A model generated the notes under the pieces. That model searched no databases, was not told where the DNA came from, and saw only the letters and a program-made list of their open reading frames with translations. The position numbers and the translations under genes were made by a program. This document shows, piece by piece, positions 1 through 10,600 of a stretch of DNA of 34,793 nucleotides. Positions within the stretch are counted from its first letter, which is position 1, and each line of letters starts with the position of its first letter. Source of the stretch: Thelocarpon superellum (Eukaryota); NCBI GenBank assembly GCA_026025795.1, contig JAPEUG010000165.1, positions 1 through 34,793 on the forward strand, read 5' to 3'.

Positions 1-539
1 GCGTGTCTGGAGCTGGGACTCGGTGAGGCGCAAACAGCGACACCGGGTCCGAGACGGACGACACCGCTGCATGGCCGACCGATGTGCACCGTCAAGGGTT
101 CGGTGGCGTCACACAAGACCACATGACCAACCGAAGGCGGGTAGCGAGTACGCGAGGCAGTGGGCGGGTATGGGAAAGGAAGTCGTGGTCTTGGACCGCG
201 AGGACGAGAATGGGAGGGGAGGAAGGGGAGTGGTGGGGGGGGGGGAGTGAGGGCAGTGGCCGCCAGGCATGCTCATCCGGCACCCGCCCGTCTGAACGAC
301 GCGCAGGGCTGGCACGAGCGATCGGACGGCAACGCGATGACGGGGTCTTTGTCCGACTGCCGACACGCACGGTGCGAGCACCGAGAGCGAGGCAGGCGAG
401 AGGGAAGGGGGACGGCGGAGGGCTCGGGCGTGACGGCGGGCCAGTCTCAGGAGGGTGAGAGGGTGCCGGGGTGGACGGCGTGGGGTGGACGTGGGAGGGA
501 TGCGACCACGACAGCAGCGTCGAGAGAAGGGTGGGTGGT

Positions 540-612
540 GCGGAGGGTGCGGAGGGTATGGAGGGTGCGGAGGGAAGAGGGGGGGGAAGGCCTGTGCTTG
601 TGCTTGTGCTTG
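540..612. repeat. Short tandem repeats (GCGGAGGGT-like 9-mers, then CTTGTG hexamers) in a probable intron
   Basis: Direct reading: gcggagggtgcggagggtatggagggtgcggaggg ... tgtgcttgtgcttgtgcttg. Confidence 0.7.
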
Positions 613-692
613 TAATCCCAACCAAGCTGTCGGGCTCAGGCGATGGCGAGCGCCACGGGCAAGGCCCAGGACCAATTAATGGGCGGACTCAC

Positions 693-1553
693 GAGACATC
701 CTGCACGGCGGGAATCGACGTGATGTAACGAAGGTTACCGCTGTTTCCCAACAACGCCGGAGGGTCTCCTGACGACTGACTCGAGAAGCTGGCGCGGCGT
801 GACTGGTCGGCGAGGGAGCCGACCGTGGAGGCGGAAGAGTAGGCGGAGAACACGTCGGCCTCGTTGACATAATTGGGCTCCGATGCTGCCACGGCGGCCG
901 CGGCTGCACCGGCAGCGCCAGGGTAGTCCGTCTCGAGCCGCAAGTGAAAGAAATCTGGAGGAGGCGCGCACCGCAACAGTCAGCGTTGCACGAATCAACC
1001 GCTCACGGGGTTGTGGCGTTGCGACCTGTCGCTCGCGCGCCGGTCTCCACGCCCTGTAGCGGTCGGCCTGGCGCCCGTCCCCGGTGGCCCGGTGGGACGA
1101 TGGCTCACCAGGCCAACCTCTGCTCCAGGGCCTGACCTGGCCCAAAGGCCATTGCCCGCGCCAGCATGCCTGACACCGGCGTTGTCCGGCGTCGGGCCTA
1201 GGCAGGAAGGGACGAGCGGGAGGAAAGCATGAACGAGTGGATGTCGAGGCTCGACCCAACTGTCTACCCCCAAACCCTCCCCGCCTCGGCCCGGCGCCGC
1301 ACTGAGCGGCGGGGTGTTTTTGAGACAGCGCACTGAGAGAGGGAAGGTGTGCGGGTGCAAGAGATCACACCCGCTAGATGATGTGAGGCAGCAAGACGGG
1401 TGCAAATGGGAGCGAGCAGGGTGCCAACGCTAGGTGCTAGGCACTGGGCACGGAGCGCTGGGCCGCTGAGCGTGCATGTTGGCCTGCGAGGGACGAGAAA
1501 ATCCGGAGCGGCAAAGCGAAGAGCGAAATCCTCTGTTACGTACCGTTGTTCAT
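693..1553 (-). CDS. 5' coding exons of an unidentified gene that runs off the left edge; segments 1553-1544 and 954-693 (MNN|DFFHLRLETDYPG...RRASFSS...VQDVS|)
   Basis: ATG AAC AAC G at 1553-1544 is followed by donor GTACGT (1543). Branch GCTGAC (984-979) and CAG acceptor (957-955) join it in phase to an 87-codon open exon that ends at a perfect GTGAGT donor (692). It is the first AUG after a long AUG-free stretch. No homolog recognised. Confidence 0.5.
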
Positions 1554-2741
1554 TGGCGGAACCGATGACGCAGATTGGAGCGCCGTCACCCAGAGGGAAA
1601 GCGAGCGGCGAATGGGAGCGAGCGCGGCGACCTCCAGTCGATATGGCTCGTCGAAGGGGCGATTGCGCCGTTCGGGATGCCGAACGTCAGCTTCCGTCCG
1701 CTCCTCGCCGCTCTCGACACAGCGACGGATGGAGCCGACCGCGATCGCAACCGCGTTGGCCGACCGGTAGGAAATCCCGTCCAGGGAACCCTCACGTCGG
1801 TGCACCGGTCGACGGCGGCGGTGGCGGCGGCGGTGGCGGCGGCCGTCCGGACACCTGCGGGAGCCGTGAGCCTATTGTTCCGCTCCAGGCTGGGCTCCAA
1901 GGCCGCTACCGGGCATTGTGAGCTCGCTTGGGGCGGGAGACCTTACCTGAATGACGGCCGCTCGTCAGAATTGTCTTTGGTCGATACCTGGGAAGGTCCG
2001 CGTCGGATCGCTTAACGGAGCTATCGTAGAATGTGAGATGTTGCGCGCCAGAGAGTTTCGCTAGCCCACGCCCTCGAGTCCCTAGAACTCGGATCGGACC
2101 GCCCCGAAGGGATTCGGGTGCTGCGGTGCTTCGGCTCCAGCGCCGGCGAGCGTCGCTAGTCTCCAAGCTAAAGCGGGCGTTGCGGACGGTCCACGTCAAG
2201 ACACTCGCTTTCTTCCTTTTTCCGACGTCCGTCGCAAATCTGCCGGCCCACCGGTGAAGTTGCCGCCGACGAGGCAGTGTGCACCGAAGCAGTGAGGGCA
2301 AACGGCCGAGGCCCGCGGGCGATGCCACGCGTCGCGCGTCTGGATCAACAGCTCCGCCGAGATGATCGGGACTGGAGCGGTTCTGGCGCCGTCGAAGATG
2401 AGATGCGCTTGTGCCTGGCGACCGGTGACGGGCAACGACCTGTCCCAACTGCGATCCGGTGGCAGCAGCCTCTTTAGGTTGCTTTTGAACCGCTGCTGGA
2501 ATGCTCCAACGTGTGGAGAAGTGTCGCGCCGAGACCACTCGTCGTCGTCGTCCTCGCCCAGCTGAGACCCAGGCGTGCTATGACGGCCGCACCGATTGGC
2601 GTTGGTTGGTTGGCTGACGTGATAGGCCGGTAGACGACGTGCAGGAGCGTCGGTAGCTTCGATGCAGTCCCTGGCGTAGACTCGATCTGCGGCCGACGGT
2701 CGGCGGTCGGCGGTCAGCGGCTGAGACCTCGTCGCAGCCGA

Positions 2742-2789
2742 GATGCGAGGTGCGAGGTGCGAGGTGCGAGATGTGAGATGCGATGTGCG
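2742..2789. repeat. Degenerate 7-mer tandem repeat (GGTGCGA/GATGCGA)
   Basis: gatgcgaggtgcgaggtgcgaggtgcgagatgtgagatgcgatgtgcg. Confidence 0.75.
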
Positions 2790-2988
2790 TCGCTGGGCGG
2801 GCAGGTGGGGGGAGAGGGGAGGACGGACGTCGGCTGTCCCCGGCTCAGACCAGGTCCAACCAGCGGCCGCGACGTGTTCGGCAGCGTGAGCACCTCGGAC
2901 GCAAGGAGAAGGCACACCGTGATGAGCGCCGCGTTGGTGGGAGGCCCGAGCGGATGGTGTCTGATGCAAAGAGATCCTCACGTCTCGC

Positions 2989-3000
2989 CGTATATATACG
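2989..3000 (-). promoter_or_regulatory. Candidate TATA box (perfect palindrome CGTATATATACG) for the minus-strand long-leader transcript
   Basis: Isolated TATATATA in very GC-rich DNA. On the minus strand it is followed by pyrimidine-rich, AUG-free sequence. Confidence 0.45.
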
Positions 3001-4017
3001 CGGGCGGTGCCTGGACGATGGTGCGCTCGGTGGAGGGCGGGTTGGGCAGACGCTGATCAGGCCGCGCGGGTCAATGGCATGCGCGCTCGCCGTCTTGGCC
3101 ACGATCCAAACACGGCGCAGGCCCGAGACTTTGGGGTGCGTGAGCCCGTCAACAGGAGCAGCGAGGGATGGCGATAGGGGCAACGTTGCGGGCGGCGCTG
3201 AACGGGATCGTGGAGGGCAAGGCCAGCTACAGAGCGCACCGGCGAGGTTAAGAGACTTCTACGAAGGGTCTCGCATGGTACACAAGAGCCAGCTAGCCTC
3301 GGGCGGAGTGGGCCAGACAAGCAGGTACTCGTGAGTTAATCCGCTGACCCAGCATGGGTCCATCTTCAAGTTGCTGCGAGCCTCTTCATCACCGCGGCCT
3401 GCCGCTCCCTTCACGCGCCCGGTCCATCGGCCCTCAGACCAGCTAGGACGTGCCATGAACGCCGTGGCCGGAGGAATTCGGACCAAGGTTCCAGACGGTA
3501 ATCTCGCTGGCGGTTGCATTCGCGTTGGTTGGCTGCGCCTCTCAGGTCATGAAGAGGGGCAGATGGCAGGCTGCAGCGAGGGAGCGTTGGAGCTCTGTGG
3601 GCAAGGTCCGAAGCGGTAAGCCCAGGCGGATCCGAGATCGTCTCGCGCTGATCATTTGCCTGCTCACGCTTAGACGTAGACGGTGTCGGCGGTCGACGGT
3701 AGACAGAAGGCAGAAGGCCGTAGGCGGGGCGAGGTGGGGAGCGGGCATCTGGGGCGTCGCCGCTGAAGCTGCGGTGACGCCGAACGTGGGTAAGTGCCAA
3801 GGCGGGCGATGGGCGATCGGAGACGGTCTCGCACTGCTTCCTACTGGGCAGAGGGCAAGCCTCTCTCCTCCAGTGGGGACAAGACGTGTTCCTGCATCGA
3901 GCGATGGTCTGGCCACGACGAAATCGTGATGGAGTCCTGCACGGCTATACGCATGGGTGGCGTAGCGGGGGTCCGCTCATTGGCTCGGACGTGAGACCGT
4001 GGGACTGCAAAGAGCAG

Positions 4018-4043
4018 TCATTTCTCATTTCTCATTTCTCATT
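4018..4043. repeat. (CATTTCT)n 7-mer microsatellite
   Basis: tcatttctcatttctcatttctcatt. Confidence 0.75.
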
Positions 4044-5821
4044 CTTCATCTCAGTCCCGGAGAAGGGTTTTTGGACCATGCATGGCCAAGCCGTTCGGAG
4101 GGATCGGGCACATCTTGAGGTCATCCGCGCCTCGATCGGGGGCTCCGTCGTGCGGCCGGTGTAGCACGTCTATCGACACGGACGATGCGGTTGCAGTCGT
4201 GGGGTGTTTGAAGTGACCACTCCTCTCGTCGCCCATGTGGACTGGCCTTGGTCGCGGAGCGCGATTGGCCGACGACAATTTTTCCCCACGCCCCGGCTGG
4301 GAGACTTAGTCCCCGGTGCAGATCTGCGCCCTGCTCCTTTCTTCCCCGGCTGCAGACGCTAGAGGAACAGGGATGTCGCGGATCTTTGTCCAGGGTGCAA
4401 AAGCCGTGGCGCGATCCGAGACGCAGGACGAGTAGGGTTTACGGTAACTTACGGAGTCACTACTCCCGTACGAGTACTGATACTCGTACCAGGGATGCCG
4501 TTGTCGGCAGATGAGAGAAACGACCATGGGAAGAGCGACCACAACTGCACAGGATCTCGAGTACCATGGCGTACCAGTCCTCGTACAGCTAGATCTCTTT
4601 ACTCCTCACGCTTGCGCTCGACTCTCCAGGATGGGCCGGTCCGCTTGAGAGAAGGGCCCCCTCTCTTCGCTCGAGCTAACCCTTCCCGCGACCTTTTACG
4701 ACGATGACGCTGGCACTGATCATGGCCATGGCGGCCACGGCGGCGACAACGACATCGACGACCACGACAGGGACGATGACCAGGGTCGTGATGGGTCTAT
4801 TTCCGGCGCAGCCCTAGCTGCATCTCGAATGGTTGGGCAGTCGATGATCCGTTCGCTTTCTGGTTCGGGTTCAGGCTCTCTCGTCTACCTTTGGGGCAGA
4901 ATGCGTCTGTGCAGTCCCTCGGTCGGAAAGGGCATTGGTCGTGTTTTGTCGTAGCTTATCCGCTGGGGCCCAACCTCAAGGCTAGATCTTGAACCCTCCA
5001 ACGATCCGCCGAGCCCCGGAGGAAAGCAGCCGCCGAGCCTACCTGCATCGCTGCGTCCTGGCCCCGCCGTCTCGACCGCTCGGACTTCGGGTCGCCCGTC
5101 CGGCACCTCCGACTTCCGACTGACCGAGCTTTACTTCAGCAGACGCCTCCACTCCCATCAGCCGCTTAGGATTTGCATCTCCTCGGCCGGATCGTAGGTG
5201 GCAACAGCAGGCCGCGGATCCGTCCCGAACAGAACACCGCCGTCACGCTCACCGTCACCGCGGCCGCTACCGTGGCCGTGGCGATGGCGATGGCCGGGGC
5301 TGGGCTATCGACGGCCTCCCCGGCCAGCTACCCGGCCATCGTAATCATTCCTGGACCATATCGAGCCATCTGACCGCCGCGTGGGGGACGCCGGCCCGCC
5401 TAGCCGTATCACCGCTCCACTCCCCCGCTGGCCTTCACGGCCTCTGCTCCTCCACCGCCCCTCCGTCAGATGTCACTCCCGTCGTACTACCCTCCCGGTC
5501 GAGCCACGGCCTTCCGTACCTGCAGCACCATCGCGTCATCATCCCTCCACTGACATGGGGATGGAGAGGACCTGTCCTGGCGGGCGCACGGGCTTGTCAT
5601 GAGAAGGCTCTGCATCACCATGCACGGATTGGTTCGAGGCTGCTGCTGTCAAGGCAGCTGCCCTTGCGCCCTGCTCACACGAGCATCGCCCACATGCCTC
5701 GCCTCACGCCGCACGCCGCACGCACCCCGCCTCACGCTTCAGGCCTCACGCTCCACGCCCCATGCCTTTGATGACATGCACGCTCTCGGACATGAGCGAC
5801 GCACGTTGGCCCAGTCCATTG

Positions 5822-5853
5822 CCCTCGCCTCCCTCGCCTCCCTCGCCTCCCTT
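5822..5853. repeat. (CCCTCGCCT)n 9-mer tandem repeat
   Basis: ccctcgcctccctcgcctccctcgcctccctt. Confidence 0.75.
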
Positions 5854-8169
5854 GCGTCTTCGTCTGGACAGGTGGGCTCCCGACGGAGTGGTCGAGGAGG
5901 TCTAAGGTGATTGCAGCCAGACAGGAAAGGTCGGCGACGCTCCCTTCAAGGGAGTGGCGTGCAGCGTCGGCCTACCTCCCTTCAGCCGCATCTTCTCAGC
6001 GTGGCGAAGATGACCAGCGGCAAGCATATGGTGGCACTCCGATCGTGGTGCCAGCAACGGGCCTGGAAATGGCGCGTCAGTTGACTGGGGCCCCGAGGGT
6101 TCGCCGTCGTAAACTCGGCTCGGATTGCATCAGAGCCGTGGGTCAGGCGTCCCGGCGTGATGCTATCCAGGGCGTTGGCGTCTGAGCGCAGCGAACGACA
6201 GGGCTCCGATCGGTTGGCCACTGATGCAGTGGAGGCCGAGAGAGGACGTGGATCGGACTGCGTCAACGCCCAGGCGCCTCCTTGTCGTCCGACCAGAGCG
6301 GTGCCGGTGCAGCAGCTACTGCAGGCAAACCGGTGGGCTGGTCCAGCAACAAGTTGCCTGTTTGGGGGTGGTCACGCCGTCATTCTGGTTTCACCACTCC
6401 GCCTGAGCGGACACTGGAAGGCTCGAAGAGGGGCCGAATACCAACGGCATCTTGCCTATTTAGTTGCATGTCTTGCATTTCGTCGACCGGCATTTCTGCA
6501 CCTTCCGGCCGGCAAGGACCAGCTGAAAACCCGACGATGCGTTCTGTTGGGCGACGCAAGGGGTTGGCCTGTTTGACCCTTCTTCCGAGGAGAAGTCGGC
6601 TCGGAGTCGCCACGAGGTCTTGCAGCGGTGGCGCGACCAAGTATTCTTACAGAGCCTGCTCCTGATCCTCGCGCTCGCGCTTGCATTCTGGCTCCGCCCC
6701 TTCTTGACAGCGGAGCATTACTCAGGTTGCATTGCAGAGCCGGGGTGGCGTGCGCGGAGGCCCAGGTGTGACGTACGGAATGGGAGTGGGACCGTACGTC
6801 GACGTTGACGACCACGCGCGCCGCTGAGTTGAGGAGTTTCATCTTCAGCTCCAATAACGAGGACGGAGGTCAGATGCGTGGGGCTTTCCGTAAGACCTGC
6901 ACGACGACGGTGACAGGACCGAAGGTGGAACAAGACGTGGGGGCTGGGGGTGGGGGTATGAGCTGGGAGGTGAGAGATGACGCCCTCCTCTCACCGCAAC
7001 TTCTCTCGGGAGCGTGTGATGTTTGTGATTGGTCCAGCTTTCATGTTGCTTCCAGGTACCTGCGCACCTCCCGTCCAATCCGGCACTTGCCCCTCGCTGC
7101 GGATGCAAATTCTTTCGTTTCGAGGTAGAGATAGCAGGTGAAGAAGCATGCGTGGAAGATTGATTCACAGATGACGGATCATTTCACTCCAGTCGCGGAG
7201 GCAAGGATGAGGACCAAGCGGAGAATGAGAACAGGATGACATTGACGATGACAAGCGCGAGGACAAGGGCGACGATGATGCGGCTGGCGGGCTGCCTCAC
7301 GAGTCCATCTTAGAAAGCGACCGGCGCGAGATGCGCGACCTGCACGAAACAAAGTAGGCAGCAACTGACAAAAAGACGAGAGGACCAGACATCGACGAAC
7401 TAACGCAGGCCGCCCGACGAATGCTCCTAGACCCACGACTCTCCCTGATCAAGCCTTCCACGTCTACTGACCAGCCGCACCTCATTCTCATTCTCTCCCC
7501 GAGACAGACAGAAGACAGCAGGCAGCATGTGTGGGAATGGAAACGGCAGACACTGGATGGTAGACAGCATGGGGTGTCTTACCCTCCGACTCGACTCGGC
7601 CTGGGGTCATCAGCCCACTTCGATGCTAGTGAGTTGATAGGCTACGAAGAAAAGAAGGAAGATCGCCATGGAGCTAGGTGGGTGAGTGTGCGGAGTGGGT
7701 AGGAGTAGAAGTAGGAGTGGGAAATGAATCTGGGTGTACCTGAACGAGAACGATGTGTAGAGCAGGGGACGTAAAATGTGATTCCTACCCTTCCGCAGGG
7801 GCGGTATCATCCAGTGCGTGGAGTGTGGAATACAGGAATGGAGTACAATTTATGAGTTGTGGTTGCGGTTGTGGTTGTGGCTATGGACACGGGTGCGTGT
7901 ATGGATATGGGTACGTTTATCCAGACCGATAAGCCGTCTATCCTCGTGCATGATCATCCCGCTTCTCTCTTTCTCGTTTTCTCTCTCCTTGCTCCTCTCT
8001 CCTTTTCCCTCTCTCCTTTGTCCTCTCTCCTCTCTCCTCTTTCCAGTCGAGGAAGCCATTTCTAATAATGAACGCATGAGTGCAGAAAGCAGAAGGCAGG
8101 AGGCAGAAATACAAAAAGCAAGCCGCTTCGCTAGAAGCCCAACAACGTCACCTACCAATCACACCATGG

Positions 8170-10020
8170 TCAGGCGTGAATGGCGGACTGAACGCCCGGG
8201 TATACGGCCACCATCCTGGCGTACAGTTCCGGGAAATCGGACATGAGCACCTGCGGGTCCCAAGCGGCCGCAACGAAGAGGGTCGCAACGCCGCTCTTGA
8301 GCGGAGTCAGGAAGACGTTGCAGATCTGTAGGCCGATGAGGAACGCAAACGCCATAACCACGGGTGTGTACTTGTCCCCTGTGTTGTACGCCGGATGGGT
8401 GAAGTCTAGGTAGAGGTAGGCGAGGAAGGCGGTGATGTAGCCCACGAATGTCGCACCCATGGTTAGGACCGGGTCGATCAGACATTCGTTGACCAGTGCG
8501 TCCATCCCGCGGTTTTTGATCATCCTGTGGCAGGGGGGTTGGTGTGTTAGCTGATTATGTAAAGAACCCAGGAGGGGGAAAGGGGAGGAGAGGAGGAGGG
8601 GGAAAGGGGAGAGAGGAGGAGGGGGAAAGGGGAGGAGAGGAGGAGGAGGGCGAAAGGGAAGGAGAAGAGGAGGAGGGGGAGAAGGAGGGGGAGAAGGAAG
8701 GGGAGGAGGAGGAGGAGGAGGAGGAGGAGGAGGAGGAGGAGAAGAGAAGAGGGGACCTACAGCCATGTATCTTTGGCCGCGGGGATGTAGGCCTTGCCGT
8801 AGAGAGCAATGTGAGAAAAGGCGTAATGGTTGACGAATTGCACAATCCACTCGAGGATGCCGACGAAGCAGCCGAGGACGCAGAAGAGAATGGTCCCGAC
8901 GATGTTGCCCTCTGCTGACTCGGATTGCTGCGCGATACTGACGGCTTGGCGGAGGAGTTGTACCAGACTGACAATCAGCGACCCGAAGCTGATGCTCCCA
9001 AAGGAATAGGTCATGGCACGGCGGAAGGCGCCGCGGGTGGCCCCCGACGGCACGCCGCCCGGCTTCTGCGAGCAGAAATACCACGACCCGTACACGCCGG
9101 CGATGGTCGTGTGGATCGTCTGCCGCATCCACTCCGTGATCCAGTAGCCGGCAAAGGTGATGAAGACCAACAGTCCAATCACCTTGGCCGAGGAGCATCC
9201 CCCAGCGGCCGCGTCACACGCCGGATTGTTGCCCGGCTGGTATTTGACGTAGATGGCCGTGAAGGTGACGGAGTACCACGCGCCAAAAGCCGTGGCAACC
9301 AGGCCGCCCAGGAAGGAGACGGTGAAGACGTGACCGTATGGTCCCTTGGCCACGTCCATGACCGTCTGCAGGATGAGCACGCTGAAGGGGATGCGTGGGA
9401 TCCAGCTGATGAAGCAGATGATGTAGAAGACGGAGAAGATGAGAAAGACAATGGCCGCCGAGTAGTAGTGTCGTGCAAAGTAGACGACCGCCGTGCCGAT
9501 GCCGAAGACGATGTTCAGGATGCCCGTGATCCAGATGAACTGCTTGGTGAAAGCACGGGCCAAGGTGAAGTAGGCCCAGCTGAGGACGAGGGCGACGAGG
9601 AGCACAAAGGCAAAGAGGATGACGGTGTTGGTGGACAGGCTGAAATCATTGCCCCCGTCGTAGATACCTCCGCCGTTGAAGCCTTTGGTCGTTGCATATC
9701 CCTGCAGCGCGAACCCACTGACCGCGACAAAGCCACAGAAGGTGAGGATCAGCTAGGGCGACTCGTTAGCCATCTGAAAAATCGCCCTTTCCATGCCGCT
9801 GCCTTACCAGGATGCCCGCCCACACATCGTGCCACTTGGGCGTGTCGACGCGGAAGGTCTGGTCAAAGCTCGCCTTCTCACCGGAGGCGGGAAGGGGCGC
9901 GGGCTGATAGGTATACGTCGGCGGTTGCTGCGTGAACTTGGGGTCTTGGTAGCCCTGGCCGTTGGCTGGTGGGGCACCGGCGTTCATGGACGGTCCATAC
10001 GGCTGTTGGGGGGCCGCCAT
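8170..10020 (-). CDS. PNS1: Protein PNS1, choline transporter-like (CTL/SLC44) family; exons 10020-9808, 9752-8761, 8524-8170; ~519 aa
   Basis: Pro/Gln-rich N-terminus ending FDQTFRVDTPKWHDVWAGIL, multiple TM helices, motifs TTIAGVYGSWYF, TYSFGSISFGSL and YAFSHIALYGKAY. Both introns are GT..AG with GCTAAC branch sites and give an uninterrupted frame. Confidence 0.93.
8571..8754. repeat. Pure purine (GGA/GAA) low-complexity tract inside PNS1 intron 2
   Basis: ~180 nt containing only G and A on the + strand, including (GAG)n; lies within intron 8760-8525. Confidence 0.9.
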
Positions 10021-10600
10021 GGCCAGGGTGAGGATGGTGTGGGTGAAGATGGTATGAGTGTCCCGGGTTTTCCGTAAGGGAGTTGGTCGTGGGGTTCGGC
10101 CGGAGCCGCTCAAGAATGTGGTGATCGATGTCAATGTTGATTTCCGCCAAGACGCGAGCCACTAGCTCATCGACGAGGACTGCGGAAGTCCAAAACGGCG
10201 GGCGAAAGTATTGTAACTAATGTTAGTAGTTATGACGTAACTTGGTGTGTTGGGTCAATTGAGCTTCGGTCGCGAAAACGTCCCACACTTATCGATACAT
10301 GAAGCAGAGCACCATTGGTAGTACCAACCTCACGCAACATCAGGGACTGGAGGGATAACCTCATCCATCTTTCGTACCGTCTCGATTCGTCGCCACTCAC
10401 AGCCATAGGGACGTTGGACCGTCGTGATGACCATCATGTATCCCCTGTTTCGTGTCCTATCGACTCGGTATATCATTGATGAATCCATCGCGCTACGCCC
10501 TGCCGTACATAGAACACGATGATAACCCGTGGAATCACCCGCTATACCACCTGTGCAAGAATCGCCCGCGCCACACATGCCATCATACCATGCCGTATAT

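Noticed and set aside
23..728. Many overlapping Pro/Gly/Arg-rich ORFs
   Set aside because: Products of low-complexity GC-rich sequence that probably lies inside an intron; no domain signal.
1906..2981. Long minus-strand ORFs (210 and 261 aa)
   Set aside because: Start only at GTG, contain no AUG and show no recognisable motif. Better explained as 5' leader, although non-AUG initiation cannot be excluded.
6620..6808. Short ORF with hydrophobic stretch LLLILALALAFW
   Set aside because: TTG start, no splice or homology support; likely chance.
8544..8974. Poly-Glu and poly-Ser ORFs
   Set aside because: Translations of the GA microsatellite in PNS1 intron 2.
10233..10277. CRE-like TGACGTAA and SCB-like CGCGAAA upstream of PNS1
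   Set aside because: Single short motifs expected by chance; no conservation data available.
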